DNA from: Balanoglossus misakiensis
Lineage: Eukaryota > Animalia > Hemichordata
Assembly (NCBI GenBank): GCA_040954595.2
Contig: CM082588.2
Location: 1,541,935 to 1,605,934, forward strand
DNA: 64,000 nt
Reading direction: 5' to 3'
Within the stretch, counting starts at the first letter, position 1; every line of letters begins with the position of its first letter. Of the stretch, positions 1 to 12,938 are shown piece by piece. The notes under the pieces are model-generated. The model was not told the origin of the DNA. It did not search any database and was given only the letters and a program-made list of their open reading frames with translations. The translations under genes and the position numbers were made by a program.

Positions 1-454
1 AACTGGTGTCAGACATGTTTGGTTGTTTAAACTCTCGGGATGAAAAATGCTGTTTTCTGTAAAAAAACAACGTTTACCATATTTAAGCATACAAGTAACT
101 GAGAATACCAATGGTTTGGGCAGTACCGGTATAAAATACTATCAACAAATCTATACGTGTCAAAGATCTTTTCAAAGCAACCATATATTATAGTGTCATT
201 TGACTTTATCAATTGAACACTTACACAAATCTCCAGTGTTTAATATCGACAGGTAGCCATGTTAAATAGATGACGCTACATATGCATATGCCGGTGATGA
301 CGAGGAACATGAGAAGAACACTCGGCATTCTTCTAACAATGCCTGCAATGGTATAAAATTTAACACATGGTATTTACATCACATCATGTAATTTCTTACT
401 TGAAAAAGAATTACAACATCTATTTACAAAATAAATAACCAAGGAATTGAAGTA

Positions 455-598
455 CAGTCAAATCTCTGTTAGTGGCCACCTTTATATAGTGGTCACCTCT
501 ATATAGTGGCCACTTTGTTACAGTCCCTATGCAATTCACATGTGCATTAATTAACCTCTATATAAAGGCCACCTGTCTATAAAGGCCAGGTTTGACTG
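455..598. mobile_element. Tc1/mariner(pogo)-type MITE
   Basis: Termini CAGTCAAA...TTTGACTG flanked by TA at 453-454 and 599-600; internal short repeats (tatagtggccac / ctataaaggccac); related partial copy at 56424-56551. Confidence 0.75.
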
Positions 599-2330
599 TA
601 ATATTAATTGCACAGTTGCAAGTGTCAAAGTATCTTGTTTGAATTCTGTTGTTCATGTATGATTAGGAAGGAATAATATTCTACAAGTTACAAAACCGAC
701 GTCGACATTATAAATCTTACAGATATTAAAAATAGTCAAGCACTGCACCAGAAGATGTAACAATACAAACGTAATTAGTTGCATATGAAGTCCAGAAGAA
801 TGGGTTGATCAACATTCACCATTCTTTGACTTGGACAAATATATCTGCAGGAATGCTTTACCTTTCTTTCCAATAGTCATCATCACAGTACCTTCCAAGG
901 ACTGGTGCCTGGTAGTGACAGTGCTGGCAATACATGAGGACATATCTTTTCCAAAAACGATACAATTACACATTTCCATAAAAAATGGCAAAATTAATAT
1001 TATGACATTAATGAGAAACAGCTGCTTCGTTTGCATAAATCATGTACCACTTAGGCACTTCATCATGCTGTGTAGGGCGTTACCGTCTGATCGTGGAGAG
1101 ACCTTTGACCCGTTCTGAGGAAGACTAAATACTCCACCCCTTTACCTATCAATCACTGTTGCTGCTGTCATCCAACATAATTTGTTACTTTTTTTTATTT
1201 TATGCAGTTTTGATTGATTGCTCAATACACACGTGTTCGTTGATGGTTAGACTCAACTTGTTGCGTAGAAGTATAAAGCTTGTTATGATATCAACTGACC
1301 TGGTGAAAAAACAGTCACAATTCTCAATATATATTTGTTATTCAGTCATCTTACAAACATTCTCCAGTTTGATTTACTGTAAAATATGTGATATTATGAA
1401 TCATTCAAGATCATTTCAAATCAAAGGTGGATGCATTGTTTTAAAGTAACACAATGCGACAAAACTATGATGTTGAACTGGGCTAGAATGTTAACGGACA
1501 TGAAATGAGTCTGCAGCCACCAATTCAACTCAACTGGATGAGTAATGAATAACACTTTCCACAAATTTCTTTGTTACAAATATAAATACATCGCCACTTT
1601 GTTTGGCAGATTTTCCATCCATCATACTTGTAGGTTTTTGTTAATGTACCATCTGGGCACGATCGAACCAGGTGTCTCAAACTGAAAGTGCCATGTTATT
1701 ATTATTGTTTACAGCGGCACGTGCTGTTTGACAAAGACAAACTTTTCAATCCGTACGTCATTTACCTGCAAACAATACCAGTAGAACACACTTATCCGTT
1801 GTTCGCGACTGTGTATACTCACTTTAAAAATGAAACTTGAGTGATTCGACACATGTGTTCATATACTAGTGACTTATGGTCAGGAGTGTCACCAGAAACA
1901 AATAGGTGCTGGCGGCGACCGTTGTACCAAATAGATAATCGTTTATGTTGACTTTGAATTAATACTTTGAATGTATATAATTTACAATTATTTCATAGAC
2001 TCCAATAAGCTAAATTTAATGTTGAATTGTCAAATGACAGACCATTCATGAATATGAGTATGAAAGCTACACTGTACACGACACCCCCATACCGCTTCAG
2101 CTGATGTTACCCACTATCAGCTCACAGTTATTGACCATAAAAGTGGAAAACATTAACACAGGAGAAAGCTGCCGGCCCCTCAACTGGATCTCCTAACAGT
2201 TAATAATCCCACCATATGTTGTAGGATAATAATTATAAATCATGAGCAATAAATCAGAGAGACTAGTTTTTTCAGAAAACACGGTTAGTGATCATACAAT
2301 CCCCAATTGCAGGCATTGTACTTGTAATCA

Positions 2331-2432
2331 TAACACAACGCAATGCAACACAACGCAATGCAACACAACGCAACGCAACACAACACAACACAACACAACA
2401 AAACACAACACAACACGAAAAAGAACAACACA
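2331..2432. repeat. (CAACA/CAATG)n pentanucleotide microsatellite
   Basis: Direct reading: acacaacg caatgcaaca caacgcaatg caacacaacg caacgcaaca caacacaaca... Confidence 0.9.
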
Positions 2433-2906
2433 AAGTCAACCTTTGCACCAACAATGTTTGAATATTTTATTACGTTGTCTCCAGAGAGGAACTTCTCATG
2501 ATTGGTAATCAGTAAATCAAGCATAACATTCTCACATTCTGTCAATAACTTTTGTATGTCTCATGTTTTCATTGGGAGGCGCCGTCCACAGCTCATGGAT
2601 AGCGTGATTCTATTCAAAAGACAAAATTTCACAGAAACGATAAATTGATTTCACATAATATGCAGAATATATTTTCTCTGTCATATCTCAATGAATTCAC
2701 CAAGGAAAAAAACATAACATAACTGTATTATGTTAAGCATTAGGTCAAATTATTTTTTTCTGATGGAAAGGATTAGGACTGCAGCCACACCCCAGCCACA
2801 ATTTTCAGTCGCGAGGGCACGTACTATGACACTCCGTGACATTCATCTTATTTACACCAGAGTAGATTGCTGATACTATTGCACAATGGTATTTGGGCTA
2901 CGATGT

Positions 2907-5900
2907 CTAACATACCCACTTTTGGTCTTTTGAATATACCTCCTTCATCAGTATGTGCGAATCTTTCTGTAAGTTTTGACAATATAATGAAGAAGTCTTT
3001 TCAAGATCACATCTTTCTGCAACTTGATTTTTCATATCTCGAAATTTGGTTAGATCATCTTGAAAGTTACCCTCATAGTTTGAAATTTGTTCCCATAGAG
3101 TCCTGTTGAAATATTCATAGACTTTGATGTCATGGCGAGACAGTCTGCTGATTATTGACTCCATATAGGGAGTCATCGGTGGCTGGGGCGTTTTGTGGAC
3201 TTTCATTGGGTAGTACATGATGTCTTCGAATTCCCAACACATTAGTTTCTTGAGCAGAAGCAGGGACTCGTCAAAGTACTCCATTATCAAAACCAAATCT
3301 AACTCACTTCCCAGTTTTTCCAGGTACCTATCTTTGACAATCTTGTCTCTTTTAAGTGGTATGCGGAATCTGTTGCAGTAGCCGTTCCCAGCCGAGTCTT
3401 TTTCTCCAGACTTCTTTTCATTCATCTCCTTTAAGTAATCAGCGAATGGATTCGAATCATTCGGAAACGTAAAAGGGAGATGGTAATAGTACCTGGACTT
3501 CCAGTGAGTATACGGGGATCTAAAGATCGTTATGTACTTAGCGTTTGGGACGACAGTATCCATTGCAGGTCGGTTGAAGTCAATATGACTCGCCAAAATG
3601 TTGTATCCAGGAAAATCACTGCAGTTGTACTTTAAGATCACAAGGTTACCGTCATCATCCTCATCTATGAACTTATCAAGATGTGGATCTAATGCAGCCA
3701 CCAAGTCATTCTTTAAAGCATATCTGTACAGAATGCTAGAAATTGTGCTTCCCCCTGTCTTCCCTGGTTTAGTAAAAACAATGTTATTCTCTGGTCTGCA
3801 AGTTTTACTTTCTGAGCTAGTCGACGTAGCTGTACCAGTCTTTCGGCTGACATGTACACCATTCTCCATGTCGTCTGAAACCAAGTCTTTGGGATTATTT
3901 TTCAAGGACTGATCATAGGCAGTTCCCCTGTGAAGGAAAAGTGTATTTATAAAGCATGACAAAGGCACCTACCGGTAGTCTACTATTTAAATGTGTCGAA
4001 TGCAAAAGTTGCAGAACATTTGGTTAGACGTAATGTTTGTACACACGAAATTACGCACATGCGCATAAGCGGATCATCGGCCTTGAAAACCTAGATGACA
4101 AAACCGTTTAAAAGTTAATAATTTCTCAAATATGTCAACTCTCATGACAGCCCGAAATTTGCCACAGATTGGGTCCAGTCATGTTTCCCCAAAGCCAAAA
4201 CACAATTTACATGCGAAGTATAAATTCTGTGTGTATCTTACCGAGCTCTCCAAGCGCTAAGATGGATATGTGCTGATGTTGAGTAGATTATGCTACATAC
4301 ACTTATGGCAACGATGAGTAGAAGGAGACCAAGGCAACTTGGTACACCAACAAACATGCCTGCAGTGAAACAACAACACAAGATTCATGCGCTGTAGTTG
4401 GTTTATCTTACTTGTATTCTCATTGCAACTTAATAGTTTCTCATCTGGTTGTCATATTGCAATACTGTATTAAATAATAAGTAAATGAATAATAGGATGA
4501 TAACAAGCTGTCAAGTATAAATAGAACTGCACTTTTGCTGTTTATAAAATTATAAATTGCCACGTAAACTGGGGAAATTTCCAATATAGAGATTGATTTC
4601 GGAAGGTTGATAGACCATGAGCCAGTAGGGGTTTACCTCCCCCCCCCGGGGGAATTTTCGAGACAATGTTTTTCTGAAAGCCTATCATATACTGAGTAAA
4701 ATTCACTTTGTTTGCCATCTGGGCACCGGGGCGTTTTCGAGTTATTGGCTTCTAAATTATATTGGGTAACGTATGTAGGAAAGCCTAAAAGTGCGTATAA
4801 ATTGACGTAGGGGGGTAAATTAGTCTTGTAAAATGCTGTCTCTCTGAACGTATACCTCGAACAACAGGGATGTATTTGGTATCAAAAGAAAGCTTAATAA
4901 ACAAGCTTTCCATTAATTACAAAATAAAAGTGATATGACTAATCATGACATCATAGTGACGTCATAAGTCAAAATACCCTTACGAAAATGGTGTTCTGTT
5001 CACCTATAAATGTGAGGTTTTGCAAAACATGTCTCTGTGCAATTGTACTGATGAAAACTGATGAAAACTGTGATGTGTTTGGTATCAACAGAAAGCTGAT
5101 TGAGTAAAGTATCTAATTATTGCAAAAAATTGATATAATAATCAATTACGTCATCATTACGTCATACTTCCAAGTACCCTTACCAATTAGTGACTATGAT
5201 GACAAGTTATTACCCTAGGAGATAGGTGCCTTTAAATAAAAAAATTGGTAAGGAAGGTTTGTGAAGTCCATTCTATGTAAAAAATGGTGCTGATTCCAAA
5301 AAAGTCAGTCTTATTGACCCCACCCAAGAAAAAATTGCCATTTTGGCACTTTTTAACCCAAAAAAGGTCATTTTTAGAAAACACTAAAAACACACTGTTT
5401 TCGTCACATTCGAAGATCTGATGACATATGATATGCCTGTTCTATGTAAAATTTGGTTGATATTACGAAAAAAGCAGTCTGACTGACCCCAAACGAGACA
5501 GAATTGCCTTTTAGACCATTTTTGCCCAAAAACGTCATTTTTAGACAAAACTTAAAACACACTCTACTCTTTATATTGATTGATTTGATGATATATGGAA
5601 AGTCAATTCTATGTGTAAAGTGGTGACTATAAAACATAAAGCAGTCTTTTTGACCCCAATCAATACAAAAATGCCATTTTTGGCCACATTTTTGAGGTCA
5701 AAAAGGTCATTTTTACAAAAAAAACTAAAAACAAACTGTTTTCTTCATATTCAGAGATCTGATTATGTATGAAAAGTCCATTCTATGTAAAAAAAAATCT
5801 GATTGACCCCATTCCATGCGTTTTTGGCAATTTATTGCCCAAAAAGACCTACTTAAGACAAATTTATCATTTTAAACATTTTCTAGAGAAAAAAATGTTT

Positions 5901-8900
5901 GCATTTGGAGATAGCCCAAATTGAACTCATAATGATGATGAAACAGCGTCGAGAGTAAAAGAAGTTATACGAATTGAACCAAAGTCGCATCGATGAATCT
6001 AAACACGTCGCCCAGGACCAAGCATTAAACATGATACAGGCGACAAAAAGACAGGCACTGCACATGGCAAAGTCCCAAATATTCACTTAGAGCATCTCCA
6101 AATTGAAACGTCAAGGAATTTAAGAGTTTTTAGTATATTTATTAGGTTTAAACCCACATTTTCCCTGTTGTGTGCTAGTTCAGGGGCCAGTTTTAGCTCT
6201 ATTGAGTATTTAGCATCGTGGGATTGCACCCCTGTCCAATCAAAATGACGGAGGTATCATGATATAATATAATTTCTGATTTTGTATTCCGAACGGAGAG
6301 GATAAATGTCAACAATCTATCCGGAGCTGGTATAGATGTACATAAAAAATTTATACCATGTATAACCGACTTATAGTATACAGTGTGAATACATGGATCG
6401 TCTCGTTTTATTGTTGAGTTCCATTTTAGGCTAAATGTGCCAAATTGTGGCAACTCTGCCTTTCAATATCATCAATTCAACTGATATCATATGGTATGAC
6501 ATTTTAAATATGCAAATATAACATCAAAACTCAAAAGGCAAAAAACACCAATTATTTTGTTTTCTGAAAAAGACAATTGTTGACTAGAAGATGGCTTAGT
6601 GGCAATTTTGTATTGAGTGGGGTCTTAATAAGACTGTTGTGTTGGTATCAGCATATTTTTTTGCAAAAAATGGACTTTCCATTCATAATCAAACATTTAA
6701 ATACGAAGAAAACAGCTTGTTTTCATTTTTTCTTGAAATGACCTTTTTGACAAAAAATGGCCAAAATGACAATTTTGTAGGGCTGAAAAGAATTTTTTTT
6801 GGAATCGGCTCCCTTTCAACAAAAATGGACCTTCTCCGTACATCATAAGATCTCTGAAAATAAAGAAAGAAGTTTCAAACAGTTACCTTTTTGAGTAAAG
6901 TGGCCAAAATGGCATTTTTTCCCTCTGTGGAGTCAGTAAGAGTGCATTTTTGGAAAAATCGCTACTTTTAAGATAGAATGGACTTTTATTTATTATTAGT
7001 TGAGAACATTTTTTTCTCTAGAAAATGTTTAAAATGATAAATTTGTAGTAGGTCTTTTTAGGCAATAAATTGCCAAAAACGCAATTTTGACTAGAATGGG
7101 GTCAATCAGATTTTTTTTACATAGAATGGACTTTTCATATATCATCAAATCAATCAATATGAAGAGTAGAGTGTGTTTTAAGTTTTGTCTAAAAATGACG
7201 TTTTTGGGCAAAAATGGTCTAAAAGGCAATTCTGTCTCGTTTGGGGTCAGTCAGACTGCTTTTTTCGTAATATCAACCAAATTTTACATAGAACAGGCAT
7301 ATCATATGTCATCAGATCTTCGAATGTGACGAAAACAGTGTGTTTTTAGTGTTTTCTAAAAATGACCTTTTTTGGGTTAAAAAGTGCCAAAATGGCAATT
7401 TTTTCTTGGGTGGGGTCAGTCAGACTGCTTTTTTTCGTAATATCAACCAAATTTTACATAGAATAGGCATATCATATGTCATCAGATCTTCCAATGTGAC
7501 GAAAACAGTGTGTTTTTAGTGTTTTCTAAAAATGACCTTTTTTGGGTTAAAAAGTGCCAAAATGGCAATTTTTTCTTGGGTGGAGTCAGTCAGACTGCTT
7601 TTTTCGTAATATCAACCAAATTTTACATAGAATAGGCATATCATATGTCATCAGATCTTCGAATGTGACGAAAACAGTGTGTTTTTAGTGTTTTCTAAAA
7701 ATGACCTTTTTTGGGTTAAAAAGTGCCAAAATGGCAATTTTTTCTTGGGTGGGGTCAATAAGACTGACTTTTTTGGAATCAGCACCATTTTTTACATAGA
7801 ATGGACTTCACAAACCTTCCTTACCAATTTTTTTATTTAAAGGCACCTATCTCCTAGGGTAATAACTTGTCATCATAGTCACTAATTGGTAAGGGTACTT
7901 GGAAGTATGACGTAATGATGACGTAATTGATTATTATATCAATTTTTTGCAATAATTAGATACTTTACTCAATCAGCTTTCTGTTGATACCAAACACATC
8001 ACAGTTTTCATCAGTTTTCATCAGTACAATTGCACAGAGACATGTTTTGCAAAACCTCACATTTATAGGTGAACAGAACACCATTTTCGTAAGGGTATTT
8101 TGACTTATGACGTCACTATGATGTCATGATTAGTCATATCACTTTTATTTTGTAATTAATGGAAAGCTTGTTTATTAAGCTTTCTTTTGATACCAAATAC
8201 ATCCCTGTTGTTCGAGGTATACGTTCAGAGAGACAGCATTTTACAAGACTAATTTACCCCCCTACGTCAATTTATACGCACTTTTAGGCTTTCCTACATA
8301 CGTTACCCAATATAATTTAGAAGCCAATAACTCGAAAACGCCCCGGTGCCCAGATGGCAAACAAAGTGAATTTTACTCAGTATATGATAGGCTTTCAGAA
8401 AAACATTGTCTCAAAAATTCCCCCGGGGGGGGGAGGTAAACCCCTACTGGCTCATGGTCTAATAGTATACAGTGTGAATACATGGATCGTCTCGTTTTAT
8501 TGTTGAGTTCCATTTTAGGCTAAATGTGCCAAATTGTGGCAACTCTGCCTTTCAATATCATCAATTCAACTGATATCATATGGTATGACATTTTAAATAT
8601 GCAAATATAACATCAAAACTCAAAAGGCAAAAAACACCAATTATTTTGTTTTCTGAAAAAGACAATTGTTGACTAGAAGATGGCTTAGTGGCAATTTTGT
8701 ATTGAGTGGGGTCTTAATAAGACTGTTGTGTTGGTATCAGCATATTTTTTTGCAAAAAATGGACTTTCCATTCATAATCAAACATTTAAATACGAAGAAA
8801 ACAGCTTGTTTTCATTTTTTCTTGAAATGACCTTTTTGACAAAAAATGGCCAAAATGACAATTTTGTAGGGCTGAAAAGAATTTTTTTTGGAATCGGCTC

Positions 8901-11015
8901 CCTTTCAACAAAAATGGACCTTCTCCGTACATCATAAGATCTCTGAAAATAAAGAAAGAAGTTTCAAACAGTTACCTTTTTGAGTAAAGTGGCCAAAATG
9001 GCATTTTTTCCCTCTGTGGAGTCAGTAAGAGTGCATTTTTGGAAAAATCGCTACTTTTAAGATAGAATGGACTTTTATTTATTATTAGTTGAGAACATTT
9101 TTTTCTCTAGAAAATGTTTAAAATGATAAATTTGTAGTAGGTCTTTTTAGGCAATAAATTGCCAAAAACGCAATTTTGACTAGAATGGGGTCAATCAGAT
9201 TTTTTTTACATAGAATGGACTTTTCATATATCATCAAATCAATCAATATGAAGAGTAGAGTTTTAAGTTTTGTCTAAAAATGACGTTTTTGGGCAAAAAT
9301 GGTCTAAAAGGCAATTCTGTCTCGTTTGGGGTCAGTCAGACTGCTTTTTTCGTAATATCAACCAAATTTTACATAGAACAGGCATATCATATGTCATCAG
9401 ATCTTCGAATGTGACGAAAACAGTGTGTTTTTAGTGTTTTCTAAAAATGACCTTTTTTGGGTTAAAAAGTGCCAAAATGGCAATTTTTTCTTGGGTGGGG
9501 TCAGTCAGACTGCTTTTTTTCGTAATATCAACCAAATTTTACATAGAATAGGCATATCATATGTCATCAGATCTTCCAATGTGACGAAAACAGTGTGTTT
9601 TTAGTGTTTTCTAAAAATGACCTTTTTTGGGTTAAAAAGTGCCAAAATGGCAATTTTTTCTTGGGTGGAGTCAGTCAGACTGCTTTTTTCGTAATATCAA
9701 CCAAATTTTACATAGAATAGGCATATCATATGTCATCAGATCTTCGAATGTGACGAAAACAGTGTGTTTTTAGTGTTTTCTAAAAATGACCTTTTTTGGG
9801 TTAAAAAGTGCCAAAATGGCAATTTTTTCTTGGGTGGGGTCAATAAGACTGACTTTTTTGGAATCAGCACCATTTTTTACATAGAATGGACTTCACAAAC
9901 CTTCCTTACCAATTTTTTTATTTAAAGGCACCTATCTCCTAGGGTAATAACTTGTCATCATAGTCACTAATTGGTAAGGGTACTTGGAAGTATGACGTAA
10001 TGATGACGTAATTGATTATTATATCAATTTTTTGCAATAATTAGATACTTTACTCAATCAGCTTTCTGTTGATACCAAACACATCACAGTTTTCATCAGT
10101 TTTCATCAGTACAATTGCACAGAGACATGTTTTGCAAAACCTCACATTTATAGGTGAACAGAACACCATTTTCGTAAGGGTATTTTGACTTATGACGTCA
10201 CTATGATGTCATGATTAGTCATATCACTTTTATTTTGTAATTAATGGAAAGCTTGTTTATTAAGCTTTCTTTTGATACCAAATACATCCCTGTTGTTCGA
10301 GGTATACGTTCAGAGAGACAGCATTTTACAAGACTAATTTACCCCCCTACGTCAATTTATACGCACTTTTAGGCTTTCCTACATACGTTACCCAATATAA
10401 TTTAGAAGCCAATAACTCGAAAACGCCCCGGTGCCCAGATGGCAAACAAAGTGAATTTTACTCAGTATATGATAGGCTTTCAGAAAAACATTGTCTCAAA
10501 AATTCCCCCGGGGGGGGGAGGTAAACCCCTACTGGCTCATGGTCTATGACCTTTGGACGGTTTTGGCAGTTTTCTTGGCAAAGGATATGTTATCGATTTT
10601 TTGTTTTGTTTAATTCTGTCTTGTCTGAGACTTGGACAATCATGGTTCAATGTGTTACGGTGCCTGCTTATGAGAATGAAATCTGGCCATCGAGACTTCA
10701 ACAAGATTTCAAATCATGCAAAATGTCTCTTACTTCTTGAACATTATATTATTATGTGCACGTCACAGCAACCAAATACATGGATATGTGTTTTGTAATA
10801 AACAACATTTTTCTCCTTAAACTTCCAAAATGCTCTTTTCATGGATGTGAAAATCGCTAATTACGATGCGATACGCGTTCCTCTTGGAAACAATATGGAT
10901 GTCAAGAAATATCAGATATCTTATCAAGCTACTTTGCCATATAATATATTGTCCAGTGACTTACAATACCTGTGATTTTCGAAGACCTTAGGGGAGCTCT
11001 TGGAGATGCATCCAT
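2907..11015 (-). CDS. Galactose-3-O-sulfotransferase-like protein, copy 1 (type II membrane)
   Basis: Exons 11015-10970 (MDASPRAPLRSSKIT, phase 1; less certain), 4359-4242 (GMFVGVPSCLGLLLLIVAISVCSIIY... signal anchor) and 3927-2907 (catalytic). All joins are GT-AG and in frame. Motifs: NIVFTKPGKTGGST, NILASH, ITIFRSP, DLVLIMEYFDESLLLLKKLMCWEFED, YEYFNRTLW. Confidence 0.85.
6373..10546 (+). repeat. Near-perfect tandem duplication, 6373-8461 = 8462-10546
   Basis: Identical ORFs at 6639 and 8728 (offset 2089). The only indel I found is a 4-bp tgtg deletion near 9260 (end offset 2085). Confidence 0.92.
7243..7760 (+). repeat. ~170-bp tandem modules within the transposon arm (also ~9328-9845)
   Basis: Landmark aatatcaacc at 7269, 7439 and 7608 (periods 170 and 169). 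More degenerate units occur at ~6590-7240 and in the left arm. Confidence 0.9.
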
Positions 11016-11574
11016 ACCAATAGAATTTGGAGGTAGTGACCCGATGATTCTCTGCACGAAACAATGTGTGCCATACAAATGGACAAGTTTCTACTTTTAA
11101 TCATTTACTGGTAACAGCTGTGCGACAATCAGCTGTGACATCTTTTATCCATGTGACAGTGTAGTTTATAAATCAGTGGTAGCTTTATGGCTCTTACATC
11201 TAGAGCCTCTACCGGTAGGATGGATGATCAGCAGTTTGGGATTTAAATGGTCAAATATAACTCTGACAGAAATATCTAAATTTGATCTATAACCGCATGT
11301 ATTTTTATTAATATCAGACTATTGTGAACTTCAAGCTTCAATTGCTGCTGGGTTTTTTTGCATTAAAAGTTGTTATTCTAGCAAACATATTAAAGTATAT
11401 TTTGTAAACCTCATCTTGATTTCAGTGCTCAGAATCAGCGACCAAACGATAGTTTCTGAAAACATGACTTCAGATGGCGCTGTTGTGCGTTCTTTATTGT
11501 CTTCTGTCGTATAACCTCAGTCGGCAAATCCCACACGTGGGACATAAAGTTTAAAATCGCTGTTGCATGTTGTG

Positions 11575-11900
11575 TTTGTCTCATACGCTCCGTCAACAAA
11601 TACATAGTGAACTCGGTTCTGTAAATATGATTTAAACCATGAGAGTGCCAAACTGGCTATGCCAAAACGAAGTCAAACTTTGATGATCAATTGTGTCAAA
11701 TGCCGCAGATAGGTCTAAAAGTATAAGGGCCATTTTCGGTGATTGAGGAATTACACAACCATTAGCCAAAGATGCGTTAATAATTTCTGTTATTAAGGGC
11801 AAGAGTGTCTCTATGCAGTATTTTATCATCCAGTGTTTACTTGGTGACTGCATAATGATCTTCATAATGACTTCTGAGGTAACAGGGTAAATGTTATCAA
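11575..11900 (-). mobile_element. Degenerate non-LTR retrotransposon (CR1/L2-like) reverse-transcriptase fragment
   Basis: Translated pieces TLLPLITEIINASLANG, MALILLDLSAAFDTIDH and, after a frameshift, WFKSYLQNRVHYVFVDG are hallmark CR1/L2-clade RT motifs; the fragment is internally deleted. Confidence 0.8.
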
Positions 11901-12938
11901 CTCTTGCTCTGATGAACATGGAGAATTGCTTGTGTTTCGGGACAGTCACAAGGTGGTAAAAAAACCTACCGAGCTATCTCAAACCACTGTCAAGCAGACA
12001 ACCTTTTAAGTCTGCACTGAAATATTATTTACTGAATTTACATGAATACTTGTGTGCTCCTATCCTCCATTGCACTGAAGTCTTTTCCAGAAAATCACTA
12101 TTGTATTCAGGGCAATGAACACGTCTAGTCGTATTCGACTATTTTCAAGGTCCCCAGCAGATCGTAAAATTTACAATATTGTTCCCATCCTGTTTTCTTT
12201 TTTGACTTTGTACTTCAGTAATACCCTTTATTTACTTTTCTATTATACTGTGAAGCATCTGGTGATATAAAGTATTCATTCACACTCAGCCCTCATTCAA
12301 TGACAACTGAGGTGATCACAATATGTTAAAATTTAGATTTGTTTGGCAATATCTATTCACAAAAATCAATAGCTTTTCTTTGACAACACAAGGTGCTGCC
12401 AGACTTAACACTTTAATAGTGTGGTGAATGTTTTGCAAAATCATCGGCTTTTTTATATACGTACAAAGCTTATTTTATAGTTCGGGACAAAAATGCGACT
12501 TCAGATTTTCTCCCGCTGTTGCCCAGATCTCATTTGCATCAGAATGGTTGTTCAAATGTCTGATTCATGTAGATATATAATTAAAATTTACATTCGGAAA
12601 ATTCTGTTTGAGCACGGAATTTGAATTCAGGTATCTAACAAAAGGTATTTACATTTATTCGCATATGCTCCATGCATGACATGCTAGGAAATACAAAGCT
12701 TTAGATTTGGGATGTTTTCATGGAAAGAGCAGATTTGTGAAGTATTAACCTGAGATGCTCAGCTGACAACTTCAAATTTCAATGATTATGCGTAAAGCAT
12801 TTTATACTGGAACTATTTTAGCTTCCATGTTCACAAACGAGAGGGCACGTTAACCACGTTGAATCTGAACAAAACTCACAATGGAAAAATGCCATTTATA
12901 TGGATAGCACGCAAGCCTGTCCTTGGAGTATTTAAGGC

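Larger units (their letters stand above)
4611..10546. mobile_element. Non-autonomous foldback-type DNA transposon with ~1.3-kb inverted arms and an internal 2.09-kb duplication
   Basis: Left arm 4611-~5900 (tagaccatgagccagtaggggtttacc...) is the reverse complement of ~7005-8461 and ~9094-10546 (...actggctcatggtcta). TGA lies on both flanks (4608-4610, 10547-10549). No transposase ORF. Confidence 0.9.

Noticed and set aside
1030-1130. GC-richer segment ending in CTGA as a possible box C/D snoRNA
   Set aside because: No clear RTGATGA C box or terminal stem, and no match to a snoRNA I recognise.
2242-2545. Cys/Val-rich and Thr/Gln/Asn-rich ORFs
   Set aside because: They are translations of the (CAACA)n microsatellite.
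3598-3912. Recurrent antisense ORFs over the sulfotransferase exons (also 13681, 19888, 23973, 27696)
   Set aside because: They are shadow frames of conserved paralogous CDS, with no independent motifs.
5900-6590. Central spacer of the transposon as a possible captured gene or transposase relic
   Set aside because: A helical-looking stretch on plus (LHLEIAQIELIMM...KLYELNQSRIDESK) is interrupted by stops and I cannot assign it; it needs tBLASTx.
7243-7760. Regularly spaced repeats as a CRISPR-like array
   Set aside because: The units are contiguous 170-bp tandem repeats without unique spacers, in a eukaryotic context with no cas genes.
5404-8937. Repeated ORFs in the transposon arms (5404, 6639, 7087, 8728)
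   Set aside because: They are short, AT-rich, lack DDE or DNA-binding motifs, and recur only because the DNA is repeated.
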